Source of the DNA: an uncultured Chloroflexia bacterium | GTDB taxonomy: Bacteria; Chloroflexota; Limnocylindria; Limnocylindrales; CSP1-4 | Length of the DNA: 64,000 bases | NCBI GenBank assembly: GCA_963713975.1 | Contig: OY970218.1 | Span: forward strand, 2,816,001 to 2,880,000 | Reading direction: 5' to 3' | Shown: positions 19,015 through 27,455 of the stretch, piece by piece | Numbering within the stretch: the stretch's first letter is position 1 | Layout of the letters: each line of letters begins with the position of its first letter | Notes under the pieces: model-generated | What the model was told of the DNA's origin: nothing | Databases searched by the model: none | What the model saw: only the letters and a program-made list of their open reading frames with translations | Position numbers and translations under genes: made by a program

Positions 19015-20151
19015 ATGGCTGACCAGATCCGCCTCCTCGTCGTCGAGGACGTCCCCCAGGTTGCCCAGTACATCCGCGGGCTGCTCAACTCGCAGTCCAC
19101 GATCAAGCTGCTGGACGTCGTCAGCGACGGCAACCAGGTGCTGGGCCTGATTTCGGAGCTGCGGCCCGACGTCGTGCTCGTGGACGCGCTCCTCCAGGGC
19201 CGCGTGAAGGGCATGTCCGTCGTGGACAAGATCCACCAGTCCGGCCAGCCCGTCCCCGTGATCGTGCTCACCGTTCCCCAGAAGCCCATCGTTGCTGACC
19301 CCGCGAGCGGCGTGCACGGCGTGCTGGCAATGCCGTTCACGGGCTATGAGCTGGTCACGCGCCTCCAGCAGGTCAACCAGGCGTCACAGGCGACGGAGGG
19401 CGGTCACCTGGCGCGGATGATCACGATCTTCGCCCCCAAGGGCGGGGTGGGCAAGACGACCCTGGCCTTCAACCTCGCCGTCGCCATCGGCCAGGCGGGC
19501 GCGCGGACGGTGCTCATCGACGGCAGCCTGCAGTTCGGCGACATGCGGGCCCTGCTCAAGGTGCCGCTCGAGGCCCCCTCGCTGCTGGACCTGCCCACGG
19601 ACCGCATCGCGGAGTCGGATCTCGCCGATGTCCTGTGGCGGGACCCGTCCGGGATCGACATCCTGCTGGCACCGCCGCGGGTCGAGATGGCCGAGATGGT
19701 CACCGTCCGGGACGTCGAGAAGACCCTGTCCCTGCTGCGTCGCGTCTACGAGGTCGTCATCGTCGACACGCCGGCGGTGGTCAGTGACACCAACCTCGCG
19801 TTCCTCGACGCCTCGGACACGATCCTCGAGATCGTCACCTACGACTCCACGGCCATCCACAGCACGATGGTGATGGCCGACGCGTTCCGCATGATCGGCT
19901 ACGCCCCGACCAAGGTCCACTACCTGGTCAACCGCGCGGACTCCACCGGAGGGCTGGACCCCGAGGTCCTGTCCCGCGCCCTCGGGCGTGTCCCGGAGCA
20001 CCGGGTGAGCTCCGGCGGCGCCCTGGTGGTCCGGGCCAACAACGAGGGCATCCCGTTCGTGCTGGCGGACCCCAGCGCGGAGATCAGCCAGGACATCGTC
20101 CGGACGGCAGCGGAGCTCGTGCGCCGGCCCGCCCCGGTGGCGGCGCGGTAG
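19015..20151 (+). CDS. Receiver domain + CpaE/MinD-type ATPase fusion (copy 1)
   Basis: LLVVED...VLVD receiver; APKGGVGKTT, LQFGD, VIVDTP and LVNR motifs. Confidence 0.85.
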   Translation: MADQIRLLVVEDVPQVAQYIRGLLNSQSTIKLLDVVSDGNQVLGLISELRPDVVLVDALLQGRVKGMSVVDKIHQSGQPVPVIVLTVPQKPIVADPASGVHGVLAMPFTGYELVTRLQQVNQASQATEGGHLARMITIFAPKGGVGKTTLAFNLAVAIGQAGARTVLIDGSLQFGDMRALLKVPLEAPSLLDLPTDRIAESDLADVLWRDPSGIDILLAPPRVEMAEMVTVRDVEKTLSLLRRVYEVVIVDTPAVVSDTNLAFLDASDTILEIVTYDSTAIHSTMVMADAFRMIGYAPTKVHYLVNRADSTGGLDPEVLSRALGRVPEHRVSSGGALVVRANNEGIPFVLADPSAEISQDIVRTAAELVRRPAPVAAR

Positions 20152-20160
20152 CAGCCGGGC

Positions 20161-21081
20161 GTGTCTGACCCGCGACCCATCGGCGTCTTCGATTCCGGCG
20201 TCGGCGGCCTCACCGTCCTGCGCGAGATCCTGCGCCGATCCCCGCATGAGTCCACCATCTACCTGGGCGACAACGCCCGCGCCCCGTACGGGACCCGTTC
20301 CGACGACGAGGTGCGCCGGTTCTCGATGGAGGCGCTCGACGAGCTGGCCGGACGCGACGTCAAGGTGCTCGTGGTGGCCTGCAACACGTCGACGGCCGTG
20401 GCCCTCCGTGATCTTCGAGCCCGCTACGACCTGCCGGTGCTGGGAGTCCTGCGTCCGGGTGCCGCCGCGGCCGCCCTGGCTACGCGCAACCGGCGTGTCG
20501 GCGTGATCGCCACACCCGCCACGGTCCGCTCGCACGCGTACTTCGACGCCATCAAGGACGAGAACCCGGCCGTCGAGGTCTACGAGCACGCCACGCCTCG
20601 GTTCGTGCCACTGGTCGAGGCGGGAATCCTTGCCGGCGACGAGCTCGAGGCCATCGTCGAGGAGGACCTGGCGCCGCTGCTGGGCGAGCGCGACGGTGCC
20701 GGCGAGTTCGTGTTCCCGCGGCCGCCGTCGGCCAAGATCGACACGCTGCTCCTGGGCTGCACCCATTACCCACTGCTGCGGCCGATCCTCGCCCGGGTCG
20801 TGGGCGACCGGGTGGCGATCGTCGATTCGGCGACGGCGACCGCGGCGACGCTGGCGGAGCTGCTGTCGGTGAACGGCCTCGAGGCGCCGGGAACGACGCG
20901 TGGCACCGCGGCGGATCCCGGGGCGGCCGGGCACTCCCGCCCGGCCGAGCGCTACGACACCCCGCCCGTCCATGTCCAGATCACGACGGGCGACGTCGGG
21001 CGCTTCGCCGCCGTGGCGTCGCGGATGTTCGGGGATGCGTTTCCGGACGTGACGTCGGTGGAGCTGGGAATCGCCGGCTGA
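20161..21081 (+). CDS. murI: Glutamate racemase
   Basis: DSGVGGLTV, PYG, ACNTS and LGCTHYP motifs. Confidence 0.96.
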   Translation: MSDPRPIGVFDSGVGGLTVLREILRRSPHESTIYLGDNARAPYGTRSDDEVRRFSMEALDELAGRDVKVLVVACNTSTAVALRDLRARYDLPVLGVLRPGAAAAALATRNRRVGVIATPATVRSHAYFDAIKDENPAVEVYEHATPRFVPLVEAGILAGDELEAIVEEDLAPLLGERDGAGEFVFPRPPSAKIDTLLLGCTHYPLLRPILARVVGDRVAIVDSATATAATLAELLSVNGLEAPGTTRGTAADPGAAGHSRPAERYDTPPVHVQITTGDVGRFAAVASRMFGDAFPDVTSVELGIAG

Positions 21082-22319
21082 TGCCCCCGGGCGAACGTCC
21101 CGCGGACGCCGGCGCCAGGCGGGTCTCCGACGAGCGCCTGTGGCAGGCAGGGTTCCTGGTCGGTTCCGTGCTGGGTGCCGCGGTGACCATCGCCGGACGC
21201 CGGATCGAGCGCGGTGCGCGCGAGGCGGGCCTGGTCGACTGGCGCCGGGTCGAGGAGATTGCCACGCGACGTCTGCAGCGTGCCCCTGGGGCGCTCACCG
21301 CGCAGGAGCTGCGGGCGACCGAGGTTGACTACGCGGCGACGATGGCGCGCGTCACGCCGGCACTCGCCAGGCACCTGGGCACGGATCTGCCCGGCGTCGT
21401 GGAGCGCGTGGACGTGGTGGACCGGGGTGCCTGGGTCCGAGCGAACACGTCGGCCTTCGCGGCGCTCGTCGGCAGGCTGGAGACCGGGCTCCTGGAGCAG
21501 ATGCTGCCGCCGGGGAGTGGCGTGACCAAGGCCACGATGACCCTCGCCAACCGGTGGGTCACGACGCGCCAGCTGGGGCTCCTCCTGGGGTTCATGGGCC
21601 AGCGGGTGCTCGGTCAGTACGACCTGGCCCTGCTGTCCACTGAGACCACGCCGGGCCGCCTGCTGTTCGTCGAGGAGAACATCCGCAACACGGCGCGCGT
21701 CATGGGGGTGCCGCTGGCGCCGTTCCGGACCTGGATCGCCCTGCACGAGACCACCCATGCCTTCGAGTTCGAGGCGCATCCATGGCTTCGGCCGTACCTG
21801 GCCGGGCACCTCGAGCGACAGATCGCGCTGTTCGGCGGTGACACCGGATCGCTGGGGCGGGAGACGGCCAAGGCCCTGGGGGCATCGCTCCGGGGCCGGG
21901 GCCGCGACGACGACCAGCACTGGCTGGAGCGCCTCATGTCCGATGAGCAACGGCGGCTGTTCCGCGAGACCCAGGCGGTGATGAGCCTCCTGGAGGGGTT
22001 CTGCGACCATGTCATGGACCAGGTCGGCAAGGACCTGGTCCCGGGCGTGGAACAGATCTCCGCCCGGTTCCACGGCCGCCGCGAGCAACGCACCCCCTTC
22101 GAGCGGGCCATGATGCGGATCACCGGCATGGACCTCAAGATGGACCAGTACCGTAAGGGGGAGGCGTTCGTCGCCGGCATCGAGCGCCTCGCCGGGGCCG
22201 CCGCACTGCGACAGCTCTGGGCAGGCCCCGAGACGTTGCCGACGGCGGACGAGATCGAACGACCGGACGCTTGGGTCCGGCGGATGGGGCTCTCGCAGCC
22301 CGAAGGAGGCACCGCGTGA
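21081..22319 (+). CDS. Zincin-like metallopeptidase (Zincin_2/DUF2342)
   Basis: VLGQYD, HETTH (HExxH), MSLLEG and KMDQYRKG motifs. Confidence 0.85.
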   Translation: MPPGERPADAGARRVSDERLWQAGFLVGSVLGAAVTIAGRRIERGAREAGLVDWRRVEEIATRRLQRAPGALTAQELRATEVDYAATMARVTPALARHLGTDLPGVVERVDVVDRGAWVRANTSAFAALVGRLETGLLEQMLPPGSGVTKATMTLANRWVTTRQLGLLLGFMGQRVLGQYDLALLSTETTPGRLLFVEENIRNTARVMGVPLAPFRTWIALHETTHAFEFEAHPWLRPYLAGHLERQIALFGGDTGSLGRETAKALGASLRGRGRDDDQHWLERLMSDEQRRLFRETQAVMSLLEGFCDHVMDQVGKDLVPGVEQISARFHGRREQRTPFERAMMRITGMDLKMDQYRKGEAFVAGIERLAGAAALRQLWAGPETLPTADEIERPDAWVRRMGLSQPEGGTA

Positions 22320-23380
22320 CCCAGGGCCCCTCGCACATACCCGGACCGGGATCCGGCCCCGGCGGGGTGCCCGCGGCGATCGCGCTGACGCCGATCCTGG
22401 CCGCCCGGTACCGGGCGCGGGATCTCGCGGCGATCCAGGCGGCGGCGCCCGGTGCCCGGATCGTGAGCATCGGCTTCGATGGACACCCGGACGGCCCGCT
22501 CGACGACGTGGAGGTCATGCTTCGCGGCCGCTTTCCTGCGGACCTGTTCGACCGGATCCTGGCCCGGGCGCCCGATCTGCGCTGGGTCCACTCCGCCACG
22601 GCGGGCGTGGAGCGGGTCCTGACCCCGTCCAGCCGCGCCCGCGGCCTGGTGATCACGAACGCGCGCGGCGTCTTCTCGCGGCCGATCGCGGAGTATGTGG
22701 TGCTGATGATGCTGGCGGTGTCGCGCCGGTTGCCGTCGCTCCTTGAGCTCCAGGCCGAGCGGACCTGGCAGCCGCTCGAGTCGCGCGAGCTGCGGGACGT
22801 CACCGTGGGGATCGTGGGCCTGGGGTCGATCGGGCGAGCGGTCGGTGCGCTGGCGACCGCGTTCGGGTGTCGCGTGATCGCCACGCGACGGCGCCCCGAG
22901 GCGGGTTCCCATGGCCTGGACGGGCCCGGCGACGAGCCCTATCTCGGCTCCGTGATGCTGGATCGGGTCCTCGCTCCGGAACAGCTGCCGGAGCTCCTGG
23001 CCGAGAGCGACTTCGTCGTGCTGGCGGCACCGCTCACCGAGGACACGCACGGGTTGATCGGCGAGGAGGCCATCGGCTGGCTCAAGCCCGGGGCGTGGGT
23101 GATCAATGTCGCCCGCGGCGAGCTGATCGACGAGCGGGCGCTTGCCCGGGCGCTCGGGGACGGGCGACTCGGAGGCGCCGTCCTGGACACGTTCCGCGAG
23201 GAGCCCCTGCCGCCGACGTCGCCCCTGTACGACCTGCCGAACGTGATCCTGACGCCGCACACGTCGTGGTCGTCCACGCGGGTGCTGGATCGTTCCGTGG
23301 ACCTGTTCTGCGACAACCTCCGGCGCTACGCGGAGGGCCGGCCGCTGGTCAACGTCGTGGACCCGGACGCAGGGTACTGA
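22316..23380 (+). CDS. D-2-hydroxyacid dehydrogenase
   Basis: GLGSIG, NVARG, EEPL and TPH motifs; GTG 22316 overlaps the zincin stop. Confidence 0.9.
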   Translation: MTQGPSHIPGPGSGPGGVPAAIALTPILAARYRARDLAAIQAAAPGARIVSIGFDGHPDGPLDDVEVMLRGRFPADLFDRILARAPDLRWVHSATAGVERVLTPSSRARGLVITNARGVFSRPIAEYVVLMMLAVSRRLPSLLELQAERTWQPLESRELRDVTVGIVGLGSIGRAVGALATAFGCRVIATRRRPEAGSHGLDGPGDEPYLGSVMLDRVLAPEQLPELLAESDFVVLAAPLTEDTHGLIGEEAIGWLKPGAWVINVARGELIDERALARALGDGRLGGAVLDTFREEPLPPTSPLYDLPNVILTPHTSWSSTRVLDRSVDLFCDNLRRYAEGRPLVNVVDPDAGY

Positions 23381-23479
23381 GCCCGGGGGTCGGGGGCTCA
23401 GGGGCGCTCTCCACCAGCGTGGACGCCCGCCGAGGCCCCCGCCGTCCCACGAGGAGCCGCCCGCCGGTAGCATCAGGCC

Positions 23480-24583
23480 ATGCAGATTGCCATCGTCGGT
23501 CTCGCCGGATGCGGCAAGACAACCGTCTTCAACACCCTCACCCGCGGGCACGCCGAGACCGGCGGGTACGGCGGGCTCCAGCTCAACGTGGGGGTCGTCA
23601 AGGTGCCCGACGATCGCCTGGACAAGCTGGCCGCCGTCTTCGAGCCGAAGAGGATCGTCCACGCCGACGTGACCTATGTGGACCTGCCGGCCCCTCCGGC
23701 GTCCCGCGAGGGCCACGTGGGGACGGACGAGCTCCCCGCCGAGCATCTCGCCCGGCTGCGCGATGCCGACGCCATGATCCACGTCGTCCGGGCCTGGGAC
23801 AGCGCCGCGCATCCCCACCTTTCGGGCTCCGTCGACCCGATGCGGGACCTCGAGAACCTGGATCTCGAGTTCATCCTCGCGGACCTGGCCATGATCGAAC
23901 GGCGGCTGGAGCGGCTCCAGGGAAGCGGGCGGCACGGGACGCCGGCAGAGCGTGAGGCCAACGAGCACGAGGGGGCCATCCTCGCCCGTCTGCGGCCGGC
24001 GCTCGAGGCCGGTCGGCCGATCCGCGACGAGGCACTCGACCCGGACGAGGAGAAGGCCCTGCGGGGCTTCCGCTTCCTCACCCAGAAGCCCGTGCTCGTC
24101 CTGCTCAACGTCGGCGAGGGCGAGCTGGCCCAGGCACCCACGCTGATCGAGACGGTCCGCGCCGGCTACGACCACCGCCGCGCGATGGTGGACGCCCTGT
24201 CGGCCAGGATCGAGATGGAGCTTGGCGAGCTCGAACCCGACGAGGCGGCCGTGTTCATGGAGGAGCTCGGGCTGGCCGAATCCGCCCTGGACCGCGTGAT
24301 CGGTCTCTCGTACCGGCTGGTCGGGCTCATCTCGTTCCTCACCGCGGGGCCGGATGAGGTCCGTGCATGGCCGATCCCGGAGGGATCGAATGCCGTGGAT
24401 GCTGCGGGTGTCATCCACACGGACCTGGCGCGGGGCTTCATCAGGGCCGAGACGATCGCGTACGAGGAGCTCCTGGCCATGGGCTCCATGGCGGAGGCCC
24501 GCAAGCACGGCAAGGTCCGCTCCGAGGGCAAGACGTACCAGGTGCGGGACGGCGACGTGATCGAGGTCCTGTTCAGCCGGTAG
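23480..24583 (+). CDS. ychF: YchF/Ola1-family ATPase (divergent)
   Basis: GLAGCGKTT, VKVPDDRL, FLTQKP, AAGVIHTDLARGFIRAE and EGKTYQVRDGD motifs. Confidence 0.88.
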   Translation: MQIAIVGLAGCGKTTVFNTLTRGHAETGGYGGLQLNVGVVKVPDDRLDKLAAVFEPKRIVHADVTYVDLPAPPASREGHVGTDELPAEHLARLRDADAMIHVVRAWDSAAHPHLSGSVDPMRDLENLDLEFILADLAMIERRLERLQGSGRHGTPAEREANEHEGAILARLRPALEAGRPIRDEALDPDEEKALRGFRFLTQKPVLVLLNVGEGELAQAPTLIETVRAGYDHRRAMVDALSARIEMELGELEPDEAAVFMEELGLAESALDRVIGLSYRLVGLISFLTAGPDEVRAWPIPEGSNAVDAAGVIHTDLARGFIRAETIAYEELLAMGSMAEARKHGKVRSEGKTYQVRDGDVIEVLFSR

Positions 24584-24601
24584 GCATCACCGGCGGCTCG
24601 G

Positions 24602-24946
24602 TCAGTTGGGGCGGCCCTCGTCGAGCTGGAGGTCCGCAAGGATCCCGGCGTAGTCGACGTCTTCGCCGCTGTCGTCGAGGTCCGCGAGGAAGTTCTCGTC
24701 CTCCTCTTTGGACACGTTGACGGCGGCCGTCAGCCGGTCATCGGAGACGGCGATGAAGCCGTAGTCCCGCTCCAGCTCCTCGGCGATCGCCTCCACGAGG
24801 GTGGCCTGGTCGAAGGTGTCCACAACGCGCCGCCGGATGGACTGGACGATGTCGAAGAAGTCCTCCGCGTCCATCTCCTCCTCGCGGGCGAGAAGGAGAT
24901 CCGCGAAGACGTCATCATCGCCCTCGTGCAGCTCGTAGAAGTGCAT
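24602..24946 (-). CDS. Small, highly acidic hypothetical protein
   Basis: The 3' part of ORF 24602..25324, from ATG 24946 (GAGGT RBS), has typical codon usage; about 35 D/E in 114 aa. Confidence 0.7.
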   Translation of the reverse strand: MHFYELHEGDDDVFADLLLAREEEMDAEDFFDIVQSIRRRVVDTFDQATLVEAIAEELERDYGFIAVSDDRLTAAVNVSKEEDENFLADLDDSGEDVDYAGILADLQLDEGRPN

Positions 24947-25049
24947 GATTATGGACCTCGGTCGAAGGCGGCCGGGCAGTGCCGCCGGCGCTCGTTGTGC
25001 GTGGAGCGGTAAGTATAGACGGGCCCCTAGGGAGCCCGGCGGAGGACCG

Positions 25050-25964
25050 ATGAGCGAAGCACCGCAGGTGGTGGTCGTCGGCGCGGCGTGTCGTGATCTC
25101 GTGGATGACGACGAGCGCGGCTGGCGGCTCGGCGGTGGGGCATCGTATTCCGCTCTGGCGCTCGCCCGGCTGGGCCTCCGGGTGGGTGCGCTCGTCGTGG
25201 CCGACGAGCTCGCAGCGGGCTCGCGGGAGCTGAACACCATCCGCGACGCGGGGGTCGACGTCCGCGTGGTGCCGGGCAGCCGCGGCCCGATCTTCATCAA
25301 CATCGAGACGCCGGACGGGCGCATCCAGCAGACACCGCAGGTATCCGACCTCGTGGACCCGGGGGCTCTTCCGCCCGCGTGGCGGGACGCGGGGGCATGG
25401 ATGTTCGCGCCGGTGGCCGCCGAGGTCCACGACGCATGGGCGGACGTGCCGCGCGCGGATGCGCTCGTCGGCCTTGGCTGGCAGGGCCTGCTCCGCGTGC
25501 TCCGGAGCGGCGCTCCCGTCCATCACCTGTCGCCGTCCCAGTCGCCGGTGGTCCGGAGGGCAGACCTGATCGGGGTGGGCAGCGACGACGTGGATGCCGT
25601 GACGACCCCGGCGGATCTCGCCGGCCTGATGCACCCGGGCGCCACGCTGCTGTTCACGGATGGCGTGCACGGCGGCACGGCCTACAGGGTGGGCGATCGA
25701 CCGGTCGACCTCGAACCGCGTCACTGGCACAGCATCCCGATCGAGAAGTACGTGGACCCGGTGGGTGCCGGCGACACGTTCCTCGCCGCCGTGTTCGCGG
25801 CGTGGGTCGATCCGGCCATCACGGCGGGATGGAGCGGCCCCGATCCGGACCTCCGCCTGGGCGCCGCCTGCGGCTCGCTGATCCTCGAGGGTCCCGGGGT
25901 ATTCGGCGTGCCGTACCTCGCGGACGCCATGCGCAGGATGCACGGAGGCGACAACCCGGACTGA
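25050..25964 (+). CDS. PfkB family carbohydrate kinase
   Basis: LGGGASY and DPVGAGDTF motifs; GGAGG RBS before ATG 25050. Confidence 0.85.
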   Translation: MSEAPQVVVVGAACRDLVDDDERGWRLGGGASYSALALARLGLRVGALVVADELAAGSRELNTIRDAGVDVRVVPGSRGPIFINIETPDGRIQQTPQVSDLVDPGALPPAWRDAGAWMFAPVAAEVHDAWADVPRADALVGLGWQGLLRVLRSGAPVHHLSPSQSPVVRRADLIGVGSDDVDAVTTPADLAGLMHPGATLLFTDGVHGGTAYRVGDRPVDLEPRHWHSIPIEKYVDPVGAGDTFLAAVFAAWVDPAITAGWSGPDPDLRLGAACGSLILEGPGVFGVPYLADAMRRMHGGDNPD

Positions 25965-25973
25965 CCAGGGGCG

Positions 25974-27455
25974 TCAGGTGCCCGCGGGTGCCTCGCTGCG
26001 GCGGATCCGTGCCGCGAGCCTCGCGCCACGGCGCTGTAGATCGGCCTCCAGGCGTGGATGCGCCCGGCCGGCGAGACGCAGGCGCTCGAGCAGGCGCCAG
26101 GCCGTGCGGGTCGCTGCGAGGGCGCCACCTGGGTCGTGCAGGCGGTGCTCGCGCAGCTTCGCGACCTCGATCCAGGCGATGGCCCCGAGCCCGCCGCCAC
26201 CGGCCGCCGCGGTCTGCCAGGCCTCGGCGGCCTCCGCCCATCGCCCGAGGCGCTTGAGCGTGCGAGCCCGTTCTGCCGCGAGCCGCTCGTCCGTCCAGCG
26301 GTCCGACGCGGTGTCCCATGCGGCCGTGGAGGGCGAGGGCCCCATCGAGCCGCCGCGTCCACCGGCGAGCTCGCCCCGCCACCCGGAGCGTGGTGCAACA
26401 CCACCGAAGTGCGGCTGGACACGCGGCGACCACCAGGCGTTCCGTTCCTCGTGGGCGGCATCGCGAGCAACCGACGGGCGCACCGGCGAGCGCCCGAAGG
26501 GGTCCCGGATGGGTGGGGTCGAGGCAAGCGCGTCGTCCAGGCACTCGAGCGCCTCGTCGTGCCGCCGCTCCCGGGCATAGGCGCGGGCCAGGCCCGCCAG
26601 GTCACCCCGGGGCGCCTCGTGGCGCGTGGTCCGGTCCGTGTACCTGTGCTCGATGTGCCCCAGCAGGAGCCCCAGCGACCGGACGTCCTTCTCGTTGTGG
26701 ATGACGACGCCCGCGAGGGGCTCGATGGGCCCGCCGCGGAGTACGTCCAGGTAGAGGGACGGGATCTCCCAGCCCTCGACGTCACCCACGCGTGACACGC
26801 CGAGAAGGTCCTCCTCGACGGTCCGCAGGCGGGCGTTCTCCATGCGGTGCCTGAAGACGCGGCGCACGAACGGCAGCAGGTCCAGGTGGCCGGCGTGAGC
26901 GGGCGCGGGCCGGCCGGCGAGGCGGTAGCGGGCCTCGATCAGGGGCCAGTCGAACCCACGCCCGTTGTAGGTGACCAGCCATGTGTCCGGCGTCACCCAG
27001 CGGGCGATCTCCGCGAGCATGGCCGGCTCGTCCGCATGATCCGGGAGGAGGAGCTGGGTCTGGAGGAACGAGGATCCCTCCCAGCGGCCCATGCCGACCA
27101 GGAAGGCGAGGGTGCCGGCAGCCGTGGCGAGCCCCGTGGTCTCGGTGTCCAGGCAGACGAGGGGAGCGTCGGCGGGCGGGTGGCCGGGCAGGAGGGCAAG
27201 ACGCACGCGGTCGACCGGGATGTCCACGGGTGGCACGACCCGCCGGACGAGCAGCGAGCCATCATCCACGGTGACATCGGCCCCGAGGGCCGCCGCCAGT
27301 CGCGCCGCGAGCGCCGGGCTGCGGCGCCCGGCGAACGGGGCCCGCGCCGGCTCCTGGTCCGGCCCCACCGGCGCCCCGCCGGCCCGCCCGAGCGTCGCAC
27401 GCAGGTTCGCGAGCCGCCGCTCGCGCGTGACCGGCCCGACGGCCTCGACGGTCAT
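25974..27455 (-). CDS. mrfB: RNase H-like DEDD exonuclease with TPR-like tail (YprB/MrfB)
   Basis: LDTETTGL, TYNGRGFD and HNEKD motifs; IEVAKLREH helical tail; coupled to the DUF1998 helicase. Confidence 0.8.
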   Translation of the reverse strand: MTVEAVGPVTRERRLANLRATLGRAGGAPVGPDQEPARAPFAGRRSPALAARLAAALGADVTVDDGSLLVRRVVPPVDIPVDRVRLALLPGHPPADAPLVCLDTETTGLATAAGTLAFLVGMGRWEGSSFLQTQLLLPDHADEPAMLAEIARWVTPDTWLVTYNGRGFDWPLIEARYRLAGRPAPAHAGHLDLLPFVRRVFRHRMENARLRTVEEDLLGVSRVGDVEGWEIPSLYLDVLRGGPIEPLAGVVIHNEKDVRSLGLLLGHIEHRYTDRTTRHEAPRGDLAGLARAYARERRHDEALECLDDALASTPPIRDPFGRSPVRPSVARDAAHEERNAWWSPRVQPHFGGVAPRSGWRGELAGGRGGSMGPSPSTAAWDTASDRWTDERLAAERARTLKRLGRWAEAAEAWQTAAAGGGGLGAIAWIEVAKLREHRLHDPGGALAATRTAWRLLERLRLAGRAHPRLEADLQRRGARLAARIRRSEAPAGT

